NCBI GenBank assembly: GCA_934654805.1
Contig: CAKUGW010000003.1
Location: 1 to 57,127, forward strand
From: an uncultured Kiritimatiellota bacterium
Lineage (GTDB): Bacteria; Verrucomicrobiota; Kiritimatiellia; RFP12; UBA1067
Direction: 5' to 3'
DNA length: 57,127 bases
Shown one piece after another: positions 8,068 through 16,706 of this stretch; position 1 is the first letter of the stretch; every line of letters starts with the position of its first letter. Both the position numbers and the translations under genes were made by a program. The notes below the pieces were generated by a model. That model saw only the letters and a program-made list of their open reading frames with translations, did not search any database and was not told the origin of the DNA.

Positions 8068-9886
8068 GGAGATTCGCGCACGCATTCTGGACGTCGTGAC
8101 GCGGAACGGCGGCCACCTGGCCTCGTCCCTTGGCGCGGTCGAGATCGCGCTTGCGCTTCACGCGGTCTTCGACGCCGAGACGGACCGGATCGTCTGGGAC
8201 GTCGGGCATCAGGCCTACGCCTGGAAGATCCTGACGGGACGTGACGCGCGCTTCGAGACGCTGCGCCAGCTGGACGGCCTCGCGCCGTTTCCGAACCCCG
8301 CCGAAAGCGCGGCGGACGCCGCCGTCGCCGGGCATGCCGGCAGCGCGCTCTCGGTCGCGCTGGGGTTCGCCGCCGCGCGCGACCGCAGGGGCACGGGCGA
8401 GCAGGTCGTCGCCGTGATCGGCGACGCCTCGATGGCGAACGGGCACTCCTTCGAGGCGCTGAACAATTGCGCGGCGGCGACGGAGAAGGTCATCGTCGTC
8501 CTGAACGACAATGACATGGCGATCTCGAAGCCGACCGGCAGCTTCGCCAAGTTCCTCGGCCGCCTCATCACGGGCGTGCGCTACAACCGCGTCAAGGCGG
8601 CGGCCGAGGCTGCGGGGCATCGGCTGAAGCTGACGTTCCTGCGCGACATCTACCACAGCCTCGAAAGCCGCGTCAAGGGGCTCTTCCTCGGCAGCCGCTA
8701 CTTCGAGCAGTTCGGCCTGCGCTACATCGGGCCGGTCGACGGGCACGACCTCGCCGCGCTCACGGCCGCGTTCACCGTCGCGAAGGAAGACAAGCGCTCG
8801 GTGCTCGTTCACGTCGTCACGAAGAAGGGAAAGGGCTACGCGCCGGCCGAGCGCAACCCGACGCGCTACCATGGCGTCAGCGCCAAGGGCGGCGACGTCG
8901 CCGTCGCCGCACAGGACAAGTCGGCGGCTCAGCAGGGCCCGTCAGGCGCGGCGGCCGACCTGGCCGGCGATGGCCAGCCCCGTGCGGCGGCGGCAACGTC
9001 GCCGAAAAAAGACTGGAGCGCGGCTTTCGGCGAGCTTCTCTCGCGCGCGGCGCGCGCCGACGCGCGCATCGTCGCGCTGACGGCGGGCATGAAAGACGGC
9101 ACCGGCCTCGCGCCGTTCGCGCAGGAGTTCCCGCGCCGCTTCTTCGACGTCGGCATCGCCGAGGGCCACATGGTCGCCCTCGCCGCCGGCCTCGCCGCCG
9201 CCGGGCTGCGTCCCGTCGTCTGCGTCTACTCGACCTTCCTTCAGCGCGCGATCGACCAGGTCATCCACGACGTGGCGATCTCGAGCCTGCCGGTCGTCTT
9301 CTGCGTCGATCGCGCGGGACTGGTCGGGGCGGACGGCGTGACGCACCAGGGCGTCTTCGACATCGCGCTCCTGAAGGCGGTGCCGAACCTGACGATCGTC
9401 CAGCCGTGCGACGGCGTGGAACTGAAGCGCCTGCTTGAAGACGCGCTCCAGCGGCGCGGGCCGACGGTGATCCGCTACCCGCGCGGCACATGCCCGTCGC
9501 CGTTGGGCGTCGCCGCCGCCGGCCTCGCCGCCGAAGTCGTGAACGCCGCCGCTCCCGTGCAGCTCTGGGCGACCGGCGACCAGCTGCCGAAAGCCCTCGC
9601 GGTCGCGGCGCGGACAGGCGTCGGCGTCGTCTACGCGCGGTCGATCAAGCCGTATGACGCCGCGCTCCTCGCGCGGCAGCGGGCGGCGGGACAGAAGATC
9701 GTCTCGCTCGAAAACGGCTGCGTCTGCGGCGGATTCGGCGAGTCAATCGGCGCCGACTTGCGCTTCGGCTGGCCGGATGCGTTCATTCCGCATGGGGCCG
9801 TCGCCGCCCTTGAGCACCGCTATGGCTTGGATGCCGATTCGCTCGTCGCGCGACTGGTCGCCGCGCTGGGAGGGCAGGACGCCTGA
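8054..9886 (+). CDS. dxs: 1-deoxy-D-xylulose-5-phosphate synthase
   Basis: GGHLASSLGAVEIALALH..WDVGHQAY..GDASMANG..DNDMAIS..GIAEGH motifs. Carries a low-complexity insert at about residues 275-320. Confidence 0.95.
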   Translation: MKTPEEIRARILDVVTRNGGHLASSLGAVEIALALHAVFDAETDRIVWDVGHQAYAWKILTGRDARFETLRQLDGLAPFPNPAESAADAAVAGHAGSALSVALGFAAARDRRGTGEQVVAVIGDASMANGHSFEALNNCAAATEKVIVVLNDNDMAISKPTGSFAKFLGRLITGVRYNRVKAAAEAAGHRLKLTFLRDIYHSLESRVKGLFLGSRYFEQFGLRYIGPVDGHDLAALTAAFTVAKEDKRSVLVHVVTKKGKGYAPAERNPTRYHGVSAKGGDVAVAAQDKSAAQQGPSGAAADLAGDGQPRAAAATSPKKDWSAAFGELLSRAARADARIVALTAGMKDGTGLAPFAQEFPRRFFDVGIAEGHMVALAAGLAAAGLRPVVCVYSTFLQRAIDQVIHDVAISSLPVVFCVDRAGLVGADGVTHQGVFDIALLKAVPNLTIVQPCDGVELKRLLEDALQRRGPTVIRYPRGTCPSPLGVAAAGLAAEVVNAAAPVQLWATGDQLPKALAVAARTGVGVVYARSIKPYDAALLARQRAAGQKIVSLENGCVCGGFGESIGADLRFGWPDAFIPHGAVAALEHRYGLDADSLVARLVAALGGQDA

Positions 9887-9909
9887 AAGGCAGAAGGGAG
9901 AACGAGACG

Positions 9910-10380
9910 ATGACGGTTGCGGAAAAGCTTGTGGCGATCCTGAAGGCGAAGGGCCTGACCTGCGCGACGGCCGAAAGCTGCACGGGCGGCGGCGTGGGGG
10001 CGGCGATCACCGCCGTGCCCGGTTCGAGCGCGGTCTTCCTCGGCGGCGTCATCTCCTACGCGAACGCGGTCAAGCGGGGCGTCCTCGGCGTGTCGCCTGC
10101 GACGCTCGAGACGGTCGGCGCGGTCTCTCCCGAAACGGCCGCGCAGATGGCGGACGGTGCGCGGCGGCTCCTGAAGGCCGATCTCGCCGTCTCGGTGACG
10201 GGCGTCGCCGGGCCGGACGGCGGCAGCGCGGCGAAGCCCGTCGGCCTCGTCTGGTTCGGCCTTGCGACGAAGGACGGCGTACGCACGGAAAAGGCGGTCT
10301 TCGCGGGCGACCGCGCGGCCGTGCGCGCCCAGGCCGTCACGCATGCGCTCGGCATGCTCACGGTTGGAGCGGTTGAATGA
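9910..10380 (+). CDS. pncC: CinA C-terminal domain / nicotinamide-nucleotide amidohydrolase PncC-like
   Basis: ATAESCTGGGVGAAIT..SYANAVK..VSVTGVAGPDGG motifs. Confidence 0.85.
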   Translation: MTVAEKLVAILKAKGLTCATAESCTGGGVGAAITAVPGSSAVFLGGVISYANAVKRGVLGVSPATLETVGAVSPETAAQMADGARRLLKADLAVSVTGVAGPDGGSAAKPVGLVWFGLATKDGVRTEKAVFAGDRAAVRAQAVTHALGMLTVGAVE

Positions 10381-11507
10381 GCGAACGCACGGCCATTCTC
10401 GCGGCGGGGGACTTTCCGCCGCGCGGGTCGGAGCCCGAACGGCTCCTGAAGGCGGCGGCGCGCGTCGTCGCGTGCGATTCGGCGGCGGCGGCCTATCGGC
10501 GGCGGTTCGGCCGCTGGCCCGACGTCATCGTGGGCGACATGGACAGTTTCGTTTTCTCCTGTGGAGATGTGGATGCGGCCTGCGGCGCTGAACGCGGAGA
10601 AAGCGTGGAAACGGAGGCGTGGAGGCGGATTGTGCGGATTGCCGATCAGGAGACGAACGACCTCGACAAGGCGATTGCCTATTGCCGGGCGCAGGGCTGG
10701 TCAGACCTGGTCATCGTCGGCGCGACGGGCAAGCGCACGGATCACGCGATCGGCAACGTCTACCGTGCGCTCGCGGCGGAAGTCCCGGTTGCCGAGGCCG
10801 AAGGCGAATTCCTGCCGGTGCACGGCAAGCTGACGTTTCGGACGTGGAAGGACGCGGGCGTGTCCGTCTTTGCGCCCGACCCGGCGACGCGGATGACGTC
10901 GCGCGGCCTGCGCTGGAAGCTGGACGGCGTGAAGTTCGCGAACCCGTACTGCGCGACGCTGAACCGCGCGTCGTCCGAGACGGTGACGGTCACAAGTACG
11001 CATCCGGCGTTCGTCTATGTCGCGCGCAATCCGGCCGCCGTGCGGGCCGTCGTCTCGCTCGGCTCGAATGTCGGCGCGCGCGCGACGTACCTGAAGCGGG
11101 CGCTCGCGGCGCTCGCGAAACTGCCCGAGACGCGGCTTCTGGGCGCGAGCGCGGTGCGCGAGACGGAGCCGGTGGACGTGCCGCCCGAATTTGCCGCGCA
11201 GCGGTTCCTCAACCAGGCGGCGGCTTTCGAGACGACGCTTGCGCCGCTTGCCTTCTCGCGCGCGATGCACGCGATCGAAGACCGGCTGGGGCGCGTCCGC
11301 ACGGTGCGCAACGGCCCGCGCACGATCGACCTCGACCTGATTCTTTTCGGCGACGTGCGCATGGACACGCCGGAGCTGACCCTGCCGCATCCGCGCGCGC
11401 AGGAACGCGCCTTTGTCCGCGAGCCCCTCAACGAACTCGGCATCGGTTTCCCTTCGGAGGCCTGCGGCGCGGAGGCCTGCGGCGTTCGGCGACGGCAATT
11501 CAGGTAA
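10377..11507 (+). CDS. fusion protein: thiamine pyrophosphokinase (N-terminal) + 2-amino-4-hydroxy-6-hydroxymethyldihydropteridine pyrophosphokinase HPPK/FolK (C-terminal)
   Basis: N-terminal half: VGDMDS..DQETNDLDKA..GATGKRTDH (TPK). C-terminal half: LGSNVG..RTIDLDLILFG..LTLPHPRAQERAFVREPL (HPPK). Confidence 0.75.
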   Translation: MSERTAILAAGDFPPRGSEPERLLKAAARVVACDSAAAAYRRRFGRWPDVIVGDMDSFVFSCGDVDAACGAERGESVETEAWRRIVRIADQETNDLDKAIAYCRAQGWSDLVIVGATGKRTDHAIGNVYRALAAEVPVAEAEGEFLPVHGKLTFRTWKDAGVSVFAPDPATRMTSRGLRWKLDGVKFANPYCATLNRASSETVTVTSTHPAFVYVARNPAAVRAVVSLGSNVGARATYLKRALAALAKLPETRLLGASAVRETEPVDVPPEFAAQRFLNQAAAFETTLAPLAFSRAMHAIEDRLGRVRTVRNGPRTIDLDLILFGDVRMDTPELTLPHPRAQERAFVREPLNELGIGFPSEACGAEACGVRRRQFR

Positions 11508-11534
11508 CGGCAAACAAGAGCAAGGAGCGAAACG

Positions 11535-12104
11535 ATGAATGGCTATGCGAAGACAGTTGCGGCGCTGAGGCGTCGCGGATACGAGGCGACGGCGGTCGCG
11601 ACCAGGGAAGAGGCCGCGGCCCTCGTCTTGAAGGAAGCCGAAGCGGCGCAGTCCGTCGGCTGGGGCGGGTCGGAGAGCGTGAAGGCGCTCGGCATGCGCG
11701 AGGCGCTCGCGGCGGCGGGCAAGGAGATCCGCGACCACCAGACGCAGATGGACCTCTTTCTCCTCTCGGCGAACGCGCTCACCGAGGACGGCGTGATCGT
11801 CAACATCGACGGCACGGGCAACCGCATCGCGGCGTCCATCTACGGGCCGAAGCGCGTCGTCTACGTCATCGGCAAGAACAAGCTCGTCGCGGGCGGCGTG
11901 CTGGAGGCGATCGGGCGCGCGAAGAGGTTCGCCTGCGGGCCGAACTGCCGCCGCCTCGGCAAGCGGACGCCGTGCGCCGAGAAGAACCTCTGCGCCGACT
12001 GCGACTCGCCCGACCGCATCTGCAAGGTGACGGCCGTCTTCGACCGCTGTCCGTCGCACACCTCGACGCTCGTCATTCTCGTGGACGAGCCCCTCGGCTA
12101 CTGA
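11535..12104 (+). CDS. LUD-domain (lactate utilization YkgG/LutC-like, DUF162) protein
   Basis: ..LLSANALTEDGVIVNIDGTGNR..VYVIGKNKLV.. plus a C-terminal Cys-rich segment. Confidence 0.65.
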   Translation: MNGYAKTVAALRRRGYEATAVATREEAAALVLKEAEAAQSVGWGGSESVKALGMREALAAAGKEIRDHQTQMDLFLLSANALTEDGVIVNIDGTGNRIAASIYGPKRVVYVIGKNKLVAGGVLEAIGRAKRFACGPNCRRLGKRTPCAEKNLCADCDSPDRICKVTAVFDRCPSHTSTLVILVDEPLGY

Positions 12105-12120
12105 CGGAGACAGCTCGCCG

Positions 12121-12525
12121 ATGATCTCGCCGGAGACGATCGAGAGGGTCAGGGCCCTGATGGACGAGGCGTCCGTCTTCGAGGAAGACCTCGAGGAGAG
12201 CTTCATCCTCGGCGGCGGGCCGGGCGGGCAGAAGACGAACAAGACCTCGAACGTCGTCCGTCTCGAGCACGAGCCGAGCGGGCTGTCCGTCCGCTGCGGC
12301 GAGACGCGCAGCCGCGAGACGAACCGCTGGCTCGCGCGGCGGACGCTCGCGGAGCTGATCCTCGACCGCGAGCGCAAGCGCAAGAGCGAGGCGCGGCAGA
12401 AGCGCGAGAAGATCCGCCGCCAGAAGCGCCGCCGCTCGCGCCGCCAGAAGCAGAAGATGCTCGACGCCAAGCACGCCCACGCCGAAATCAAGGCCCTGCG
12501 CCGGAAGGTGACGGAAGCGGAATGA
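12121..12525 (+). CDS. arfB: GGQ-motif peptidyl-tRNA hydrolase / ribosome rescue factor ArfB-like (RF-1 domain)
   Basis: GGGPGGQKTNKTSNVV motif and a highly basic C-terminal tail. Confidence 0.8.
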   Translation: MISPETIERVRALMDEASVFEEDLEESFILGGGPGGQKTNKTSNVVRLEHEPSGLSVRCGETRSRETNRWLARRTLAELILDRERKRKSEARQKREKIRRQKRRRSRRQKQKMLDAKHAHAEIKALRRKVTEAE

Positions 12526-13262
12526 GCCGGGACTCCTTTGGCAAGGCCAAGGTCGGCTTCTTCGACAGCGGCATCGGCGGCACGTGCATCCTGCGCGCGT
12601 TCCAGAAGCTCTGCCCGGACGTCGCGACGGAATACCTCGCCGACTCGGCGCACTGTCCCTACGGCAACAGGCCGCCGGAGGAGATCGTGCGCCTCTCGAC
12701 CGCGAACACCGAAGAGCTCCTGCGGCGCGGCTGCGGGGTGATCGTCGTCGCCTGCAACACGGCGACGGCCGCCGCGATCGACTACCTGCGCGCGCACTAC
12801 CCGCAGGTCCCCTTCGTCGGCATCGAGCCCGCGCTGAAGCCCGCCGCGCTCAAGTCGGCGACGGGCGTCGTCGGCGTCCTCGCGACGGCGGGCACGTTCC
12901 ACGGCCGCCTCTACAACGAGACGAAGGCGCGCTTCGCGCAGGACGTGACGGTGCTCGCCGTCGTCGCCGACGAGTTTGTGGAGATTGTGGAAGAGTGGAA
13001 AGGCGGGAAAGCGGGAAAGCGGAAAGGCGAGGCGGAAGAAAGGCCCTTGGAAGGGGCGTTCCGGGAACGGGTCGAGCGGATCGTCCGCGCGAAGATCGAG
13101 CCGCTCCTGAAGGCGGGGGCCGACCGCCTCGTCCTCGGCTGCACGCACTTCCCGCACCTGAAGCCGGTGATCGAGAAGGTCTGCGCGGGACGCGCCGAGG
13201 TGATCGATCCGTCGGACGCCGTCGCGCGGCAGATCCGTCGCGTCCTGGAGGGACTGAAATGA
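12522..13262 (+). CDS. murI: glutamate racemase, carrying a ~20-aa purine-rich insertion
   Basis: FFDSGIGGT..ACNTA..GCTHFP motifs. ATGA overlap with arfB. Insert is WKGGKAGKRKGEAEERPLEG. Confidence 0.9.
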   Translation: MSRDSFGKAKVGFFDSGIGGTCILRAFQKLCPDVATEYLADSAHCPYGNRPPEEIVRLSTANTEELLRRGCGVIVVACNTATAAAIDYLRAHYPQVPFVGIEPALKPAALKSATGVVGVLATAGTFHGRLYNETKARFAQDVTVLAVVADEFVEIVEEWKGGKAGKRKGEAEERPLEGAFRERVERIVRAKIEPLLKAGADRLVLGCTHFPHLKPVIEKVCAGRAEVIDPSDAVARQIRRVLEGLK

Positions 13263-13819
13263 CGGCGGTCCTCCATGCGTGCTGCGGGCCGTGCGCGTCC
13301 GCCTGCGTGCCGCGCCTGCGGGACGCGGGGCATGACGTGACGCTGCTCTTCGCGAACTCGAACATCGACACGGCGGAGGAGTTCGAGCGCCGCCGCGCCG
13401 CCGCCGAGCGGCTGGCGCGCGCCGAGGGCGTTCCCTTCGCCGCGCTGCCCTATGACCACGCGGAGTGGCTGCGCGAGGTCGCCGCCGGCTACGAGGACGC
13501 GCCGGAGAAGGGCGCGCGGTGTGCGCGGTGCTTCCGCTACAGCCTCGCCAAGGCGGCGGCGTTCGCGGCGGCGAACGGCCTCGACACGTTCACGACGTCG
13601 CTGACCGTCTCGCCGCACAAGGCGAGCGCCGTCGTCTTCGCGGCGGGCCGGGCGGCGATGTCCGAGGCGGCGTCCGGCCCGGGCGCGCCGCAGTTCCTGG
13701 CGATTGACTTCAAGAAGAAGGAGGGCTTCAAGCTATCCGTGCGGCGCGCGGCGGAACTGGGGCTTTACCGGCAGTCGTATTGCGGCTGCGAGTTTTCAAG
13801 GAGGAGGACACGGGCATGA
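13259..13819 (+). CDS. queH: epoxyqueuosine reductase QueH (DUF208)
   Basis: LHACCGPCAS..CARCF..YCGCEFS cysteine motifs. ATGA overlap with murI. Confidence 0.85.
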   Translation: MTAVLHACCGPCASACVPRLRDAGHDVTLLFANSNIDTAEEFERRRAAAERLARAEGVPFAALPYDHAEWLREVAAGYEDAPEKGARCARCFRYSLAKAAAFAAANGLDTFTTSLTVSPHKASAVVFAAGRAAMSEAASGPGAPQFLAIDFKKKEGFKLSVRRAAELGLYRQSYCGCEFSRRRTRA

Positions 13820-14457
13820 ATGCGGTTTTCTTTGACATGGACGGCACGCTCATCGACTCGAAGGCCGACTTGGCGGCGACGGTCAACCACACGCGACGCG
13901 ACCTGGGGCTTGCGGAGCTGCCGGTCGAGACGGTCATCGGCTTCGTCGGACGGGGGGCGCGCTACCTGCTCGACCACGCGATTCCCGAACGGACGGGCGA
14001 AGACGTCGCGGCGGTTTTCCGCAGCCACTACGCCGAGCACTGCTGCGAGTCGGTCACGCTCTATCCGGGCGTGCGCGAGACGCTGGCGGAACTCGCGCGG
14101 CGCGGCTGGCTCCTGGGCGTCAACACGAACAAGCCGAATTTCGCGACGCGGATGATCCTCGAGAAGTTCGGCCTCGACCGCCTCTTCGGCACGGCCGTGG
14201 TGGCGGGCGGCGACTGCGCGGAGATGAAGCCGTCCGCCCTGCCGCTCCGGGACTGCGCGGCGCGGCTGCGCGGGCATCGCCTGTCGTCCCGCGACTGGAT
14301 GGTCGGCGACAGCTGGACGGATCTCGACTGCGCGGCGAACGCGGGCGTGAAGAGCGCGTTCTGCACCTATGGCTTCGGGCAGCTGGGCGATTCGCGCTAC
14401 ACGGTTCGCATCAGCCGCTTCAATGAGCTTTTGCGCTACCTGAAGGAGGACGAATGA
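13816..14457 (+). CDS. HAD-superfamily hydrolase (phosphoglycolate phosphatase-like)
   Basis: FFDMDGTLIDS..NTNKP..GDSWTDLDCA motifs. ATGA overlap with queH. Confidence 0.85.
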   Translation: MNAVFFDMDGTLIDSKADLAATVNHTRRDLGLAELPVETVIGFVGRGARYLLDHAIPERTGEDVAAVFRSHYAEHCCESVTLYPGVRETLAELARRGWLLGVNTNKPNFATRMILEKFGLDRLFGTAVVAGGDCAEMKPSALPLRDCAARLRGHRLSSRDWMVGDSWTDLDCAANAGVKSAFCTYGFGQLGDSRYTVRISRFNELLRYLKEDE

Positions 14458-15098
14458 AGACGGTTCTTGTCACGGGCGGAACGGCGCGCCTTGGAAAGGC
14501 GATCGCCGAATGGCTGCGTACGCACGGCTGGCGTGTGCTGACGACCTCGCACCGTGCGGATGCGGGGGCGGACATCGTGGCCGACTTCGCCGACCCGATG
14601 GGCGCCGCGCGCGCGTATGCCGCCGCGCTCCGCCTGCTGGGCGGGCAGCCGCCGGATGCGCTCGTCAACAACGCCGCGCTCTTCGTGGGCGAGGCGGCAC
14701 GGCTGAACGCCGTCAACCTGGAAGCCCCGAAGAAGCTGACGATGCTGATGGCGGGACGCGAGACGGGACGCGGCGCGGTCGTCAACGTCCTCGACACGCG
14801 GGTCCTGGACGGTGCGCGCGACGGGCTGGACGCCTATGCGGCGACCAAGGCCGCGCTGCTGGACGACACGCGCAAGGCGGCGACGCTCTTTGCGGAGACC
14901 CTGCGCGTCAATGCCGTCGCCCCCGGCCCTGTCCTGCCGCCGACGGAGGTGCGCGAGAAGGCGGGCGAAACGCCGCTCGGACGCCCGATGGCGACCGATG
15001 TGGCGGAGGCCGTCGCCTATCTGCTGACGGCGCAGGCGACGACGGGCGCAGTCATTCCCGTCGATGGCGGACAGCATCTGCTGGGAGGCCTGCGATGA
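14454..15098 (+). CDS. short-chain dehydrogenase/reductase (pteridine reductase/FolM-like)
   Basis: VLVTGGTARLGKAI..NNAA..YAATKAAL motifs. The FolM-like guess is based only on short length and the nearby folK domain. Confidence 0.7.
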   Translation: MKTVLVTGGTARLGKAIAEWLRTHGWRVLTTSHRADAGADIVADFADPMGAARAYAAALRLLGGQPPDALVNNAALFVGEAARLNAVNLEAPKKLTMLMAGRETGRGAVVNVLDTRVLDGARDGLDAYAATKAALLDDTRKAATLFAETLRVNAVAPGPVLPPTEVREKAGETPLGRPMATDVAEAVAYLLTAQATTGAVIPVDGGQHLLGGLR

Positions 15099-15841
15099 TC
15101 GATTGGCGGCTTCACCACAAGGCCGAGACGGCCTCGACGAACCTGGACGCGCGCGCCGGGGCGCATGGCGACGTCTACACGGCTGACTTCCAGACGGCGG
15201 GGCGCGGACGCCTTGACCACAAGTGGCAGTCGCCGCCGGGGGCGAACCTCATGATGAGCGCCGTCCTCTCGGCCGGGGGCCTGTCCCCCGAGTCGGTGGC
15301 GACGCTCCCGCTCGTCGTCGGGCTGGCCGTCGTGCAGGCGATCCGCGGCCTGCTGCCCGCCGCTGAGGCGCCGAAGGTCGCCCTCAAGTGGCCGAATGAC
15401 GTTCTCATTGGCGGTCGCAAGGTCGCGGGCATCTTGTGCGAACGCAACGGCGAGACGGTCATTGTAGGCGTCGGAATCAACGTGAAACAGCGCGTTTTCC
15501 CGCCAGAACTCGCAGATAAGGCGATTTCCTTGGGGTCTGTCCCCAGGTCTTCGGCGGGGCCTGTCCCCAATTTCACGGGGCCTGTCCCCATGGTGCGGGA
15601 GGCGGTCTTGGGGGCGCTTGAGAGGCTTTACGAGACGTGGCGTGACCGGGGCTTTGCCGCCGTCTATCCGGCGATTCGCGCGGTCGATTTCCTGCGGGGA
15701 CAGGCCCTCGCGGTGCGGCAGACGGACGACGACGCGACGCCGGTGCGCGGCCTTTGCGGCGGCATCCAGTCCGACGGGGCGCTGCTCGTCGGCGAGACGC
15801 GGGTCTATGCCGGCGAGGCGCATGTGGAGGCCATCGGATGA
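15095..15841 (+). CDS. birA: biotin--[acetyl-CoA-carboxylase] ligase (class I, no HTH), with an in-frame GPVP repeat insertion
   Basis: ..QTAGRGRLDHKWQSPPG..LKWPNDVLIGGRKVAGILCE.. motifs. ATGA overlap with the SDR. Confidence 0.9.
   Translation: MIDWRLHHKAETASTNLDARAGAHGDVYTADFQTAGRGRLDHKWQSPPGANLMMSAVLSAGGLSPESVATLPLVVGLAVVQAIRGLLPAAEAPKVALKWPNDVLIGGRKVAGILCERNGETVIVGVGINVKQRVFPPELADKAISLGSVPRSSAGPVPNFTGPVPMVREAVLGALERLYETWRDRGFAAVYPAIRAVDFLRGQALAVRQTDDDATPVRGLCGGIQSDGALLVGETRVYAGEAHVEAIG
15532..15589 (+). repeat. three copies of GGGG[T/C]CTGTCCCC spaced 24 and 21 nt inside birA
   Basis: Copies at 15532-15544, 15556-15568 and 15577-15589, translated as GSVP..GPVP..GPVP. It is the same motif that builds the sctP repeat. 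Confidence 0.9.
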
Positions 15842-16323
15842 AATCGGGTCGTTCCATTTGCCAAATCGCGGTCGAGGGGCGGCTGCCGCGCACGCTGGGA
15901 CTGGATCGCCGCGCGCTTCGAACGGCGGCGATGCTCTTCGCCGCACGGAGCGCCGCGCGCATCGGAACCCCGTTCCGTGCGGTGACGGTGATCCTGCAGG
16001 ACGATGCGTTCTCCGCCGAGGTCCATCAGGCGGTCAACGGCGTGGCGGGGGCGACGGATGTCGTCACGCAACGGTACGATGCCCTGCCGGGCGAGGCGCC
16101 GGGCATCTACGGGGAGCTCTACGTCAACTGTGACCAGGCCCTCCGGGCCGCGCCGAAACGGTGGGGCTGGAATGCGGCGAAGGAACTCCTGCTCTATGTC
16201 GCGCACGGCATGGACCATCTTTCGGGCGCGGACGACCTCGAGCCGGCAGATTACGCGCGCATGCGGCGGCGGGAGCTTGCGTGGCTGAAGGCCCTGGCGG
16301 ATCCGGGGGGGTGCGGCGCATGA
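15838..16323 (+). CDS. ybeY: rRNA maturation RNase YbeY
   Basis: HGMDHLSGADD metal-binding motif. ATGA overlap with birA. Confidence 0.85.
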   Translation: MKSGRSICQIAVEGRLPRTLGLDRRALRTAAMLFAARSAARIGTPFRAVTVILQDDAFSAEVHQAVNGVAGATDVVTQRYDALPGEAPGIYGELYVNCDQALRAAPKRWGWNAAKELLLYVAHGMDHLSGADDLEPADYARMRRRELAWLKALADPGGCGA

Positions 16324-16706
16324 GGAAAGGACGGGGAAAGCGGTTCGGTCTCCGCCGCGCCGTCCTGTGGGGCGCGCCGTGGGCGCTGGGGCTGCTGGCG
16401 GCGGCGCTGTTCGTCCTGCGGCCGATCGCCCTGCGCACGTCGCTGGACGATCTCGTCGGAGACGGCGTGGAGGCGGTTCCCGCGTCCGTGCGCAGGGCGT
16501 CCGCCGACCTCGTGCCGGTGCTTGTCTGGTCGGGCTCGCGTCGCTCGACGACGTGCGCCTCCTGGCGACGGCGGAAGGCCGTGCGCGCCTCGCCCGCAAC
16601 GCGCTGAAGAGATACTACGCCGCGCCGGTGCCGCCGCTCTTCCCGGTCGCGGACGATCCGTTTGCACTTGCGGACGGCTTCGTGCGCGCGCAGATGACGG
16701 CGCGCG
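16320..16706 (+). pseudogene. decayed N-terminal part of an MMPL/'predicted exporter'-type membrane protein (frameshift plus large internal deletion)
   Basis: Frame 1: MRKGRGKRFGLRRAVLWGAPWALGLLAAALFVL..ADLVPVLV. Sense continues in another frame from about 16530 (GLASLDDVRLLATAEGRARLARNAL..) and switches again at about 16700. Confidence 0.5.
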
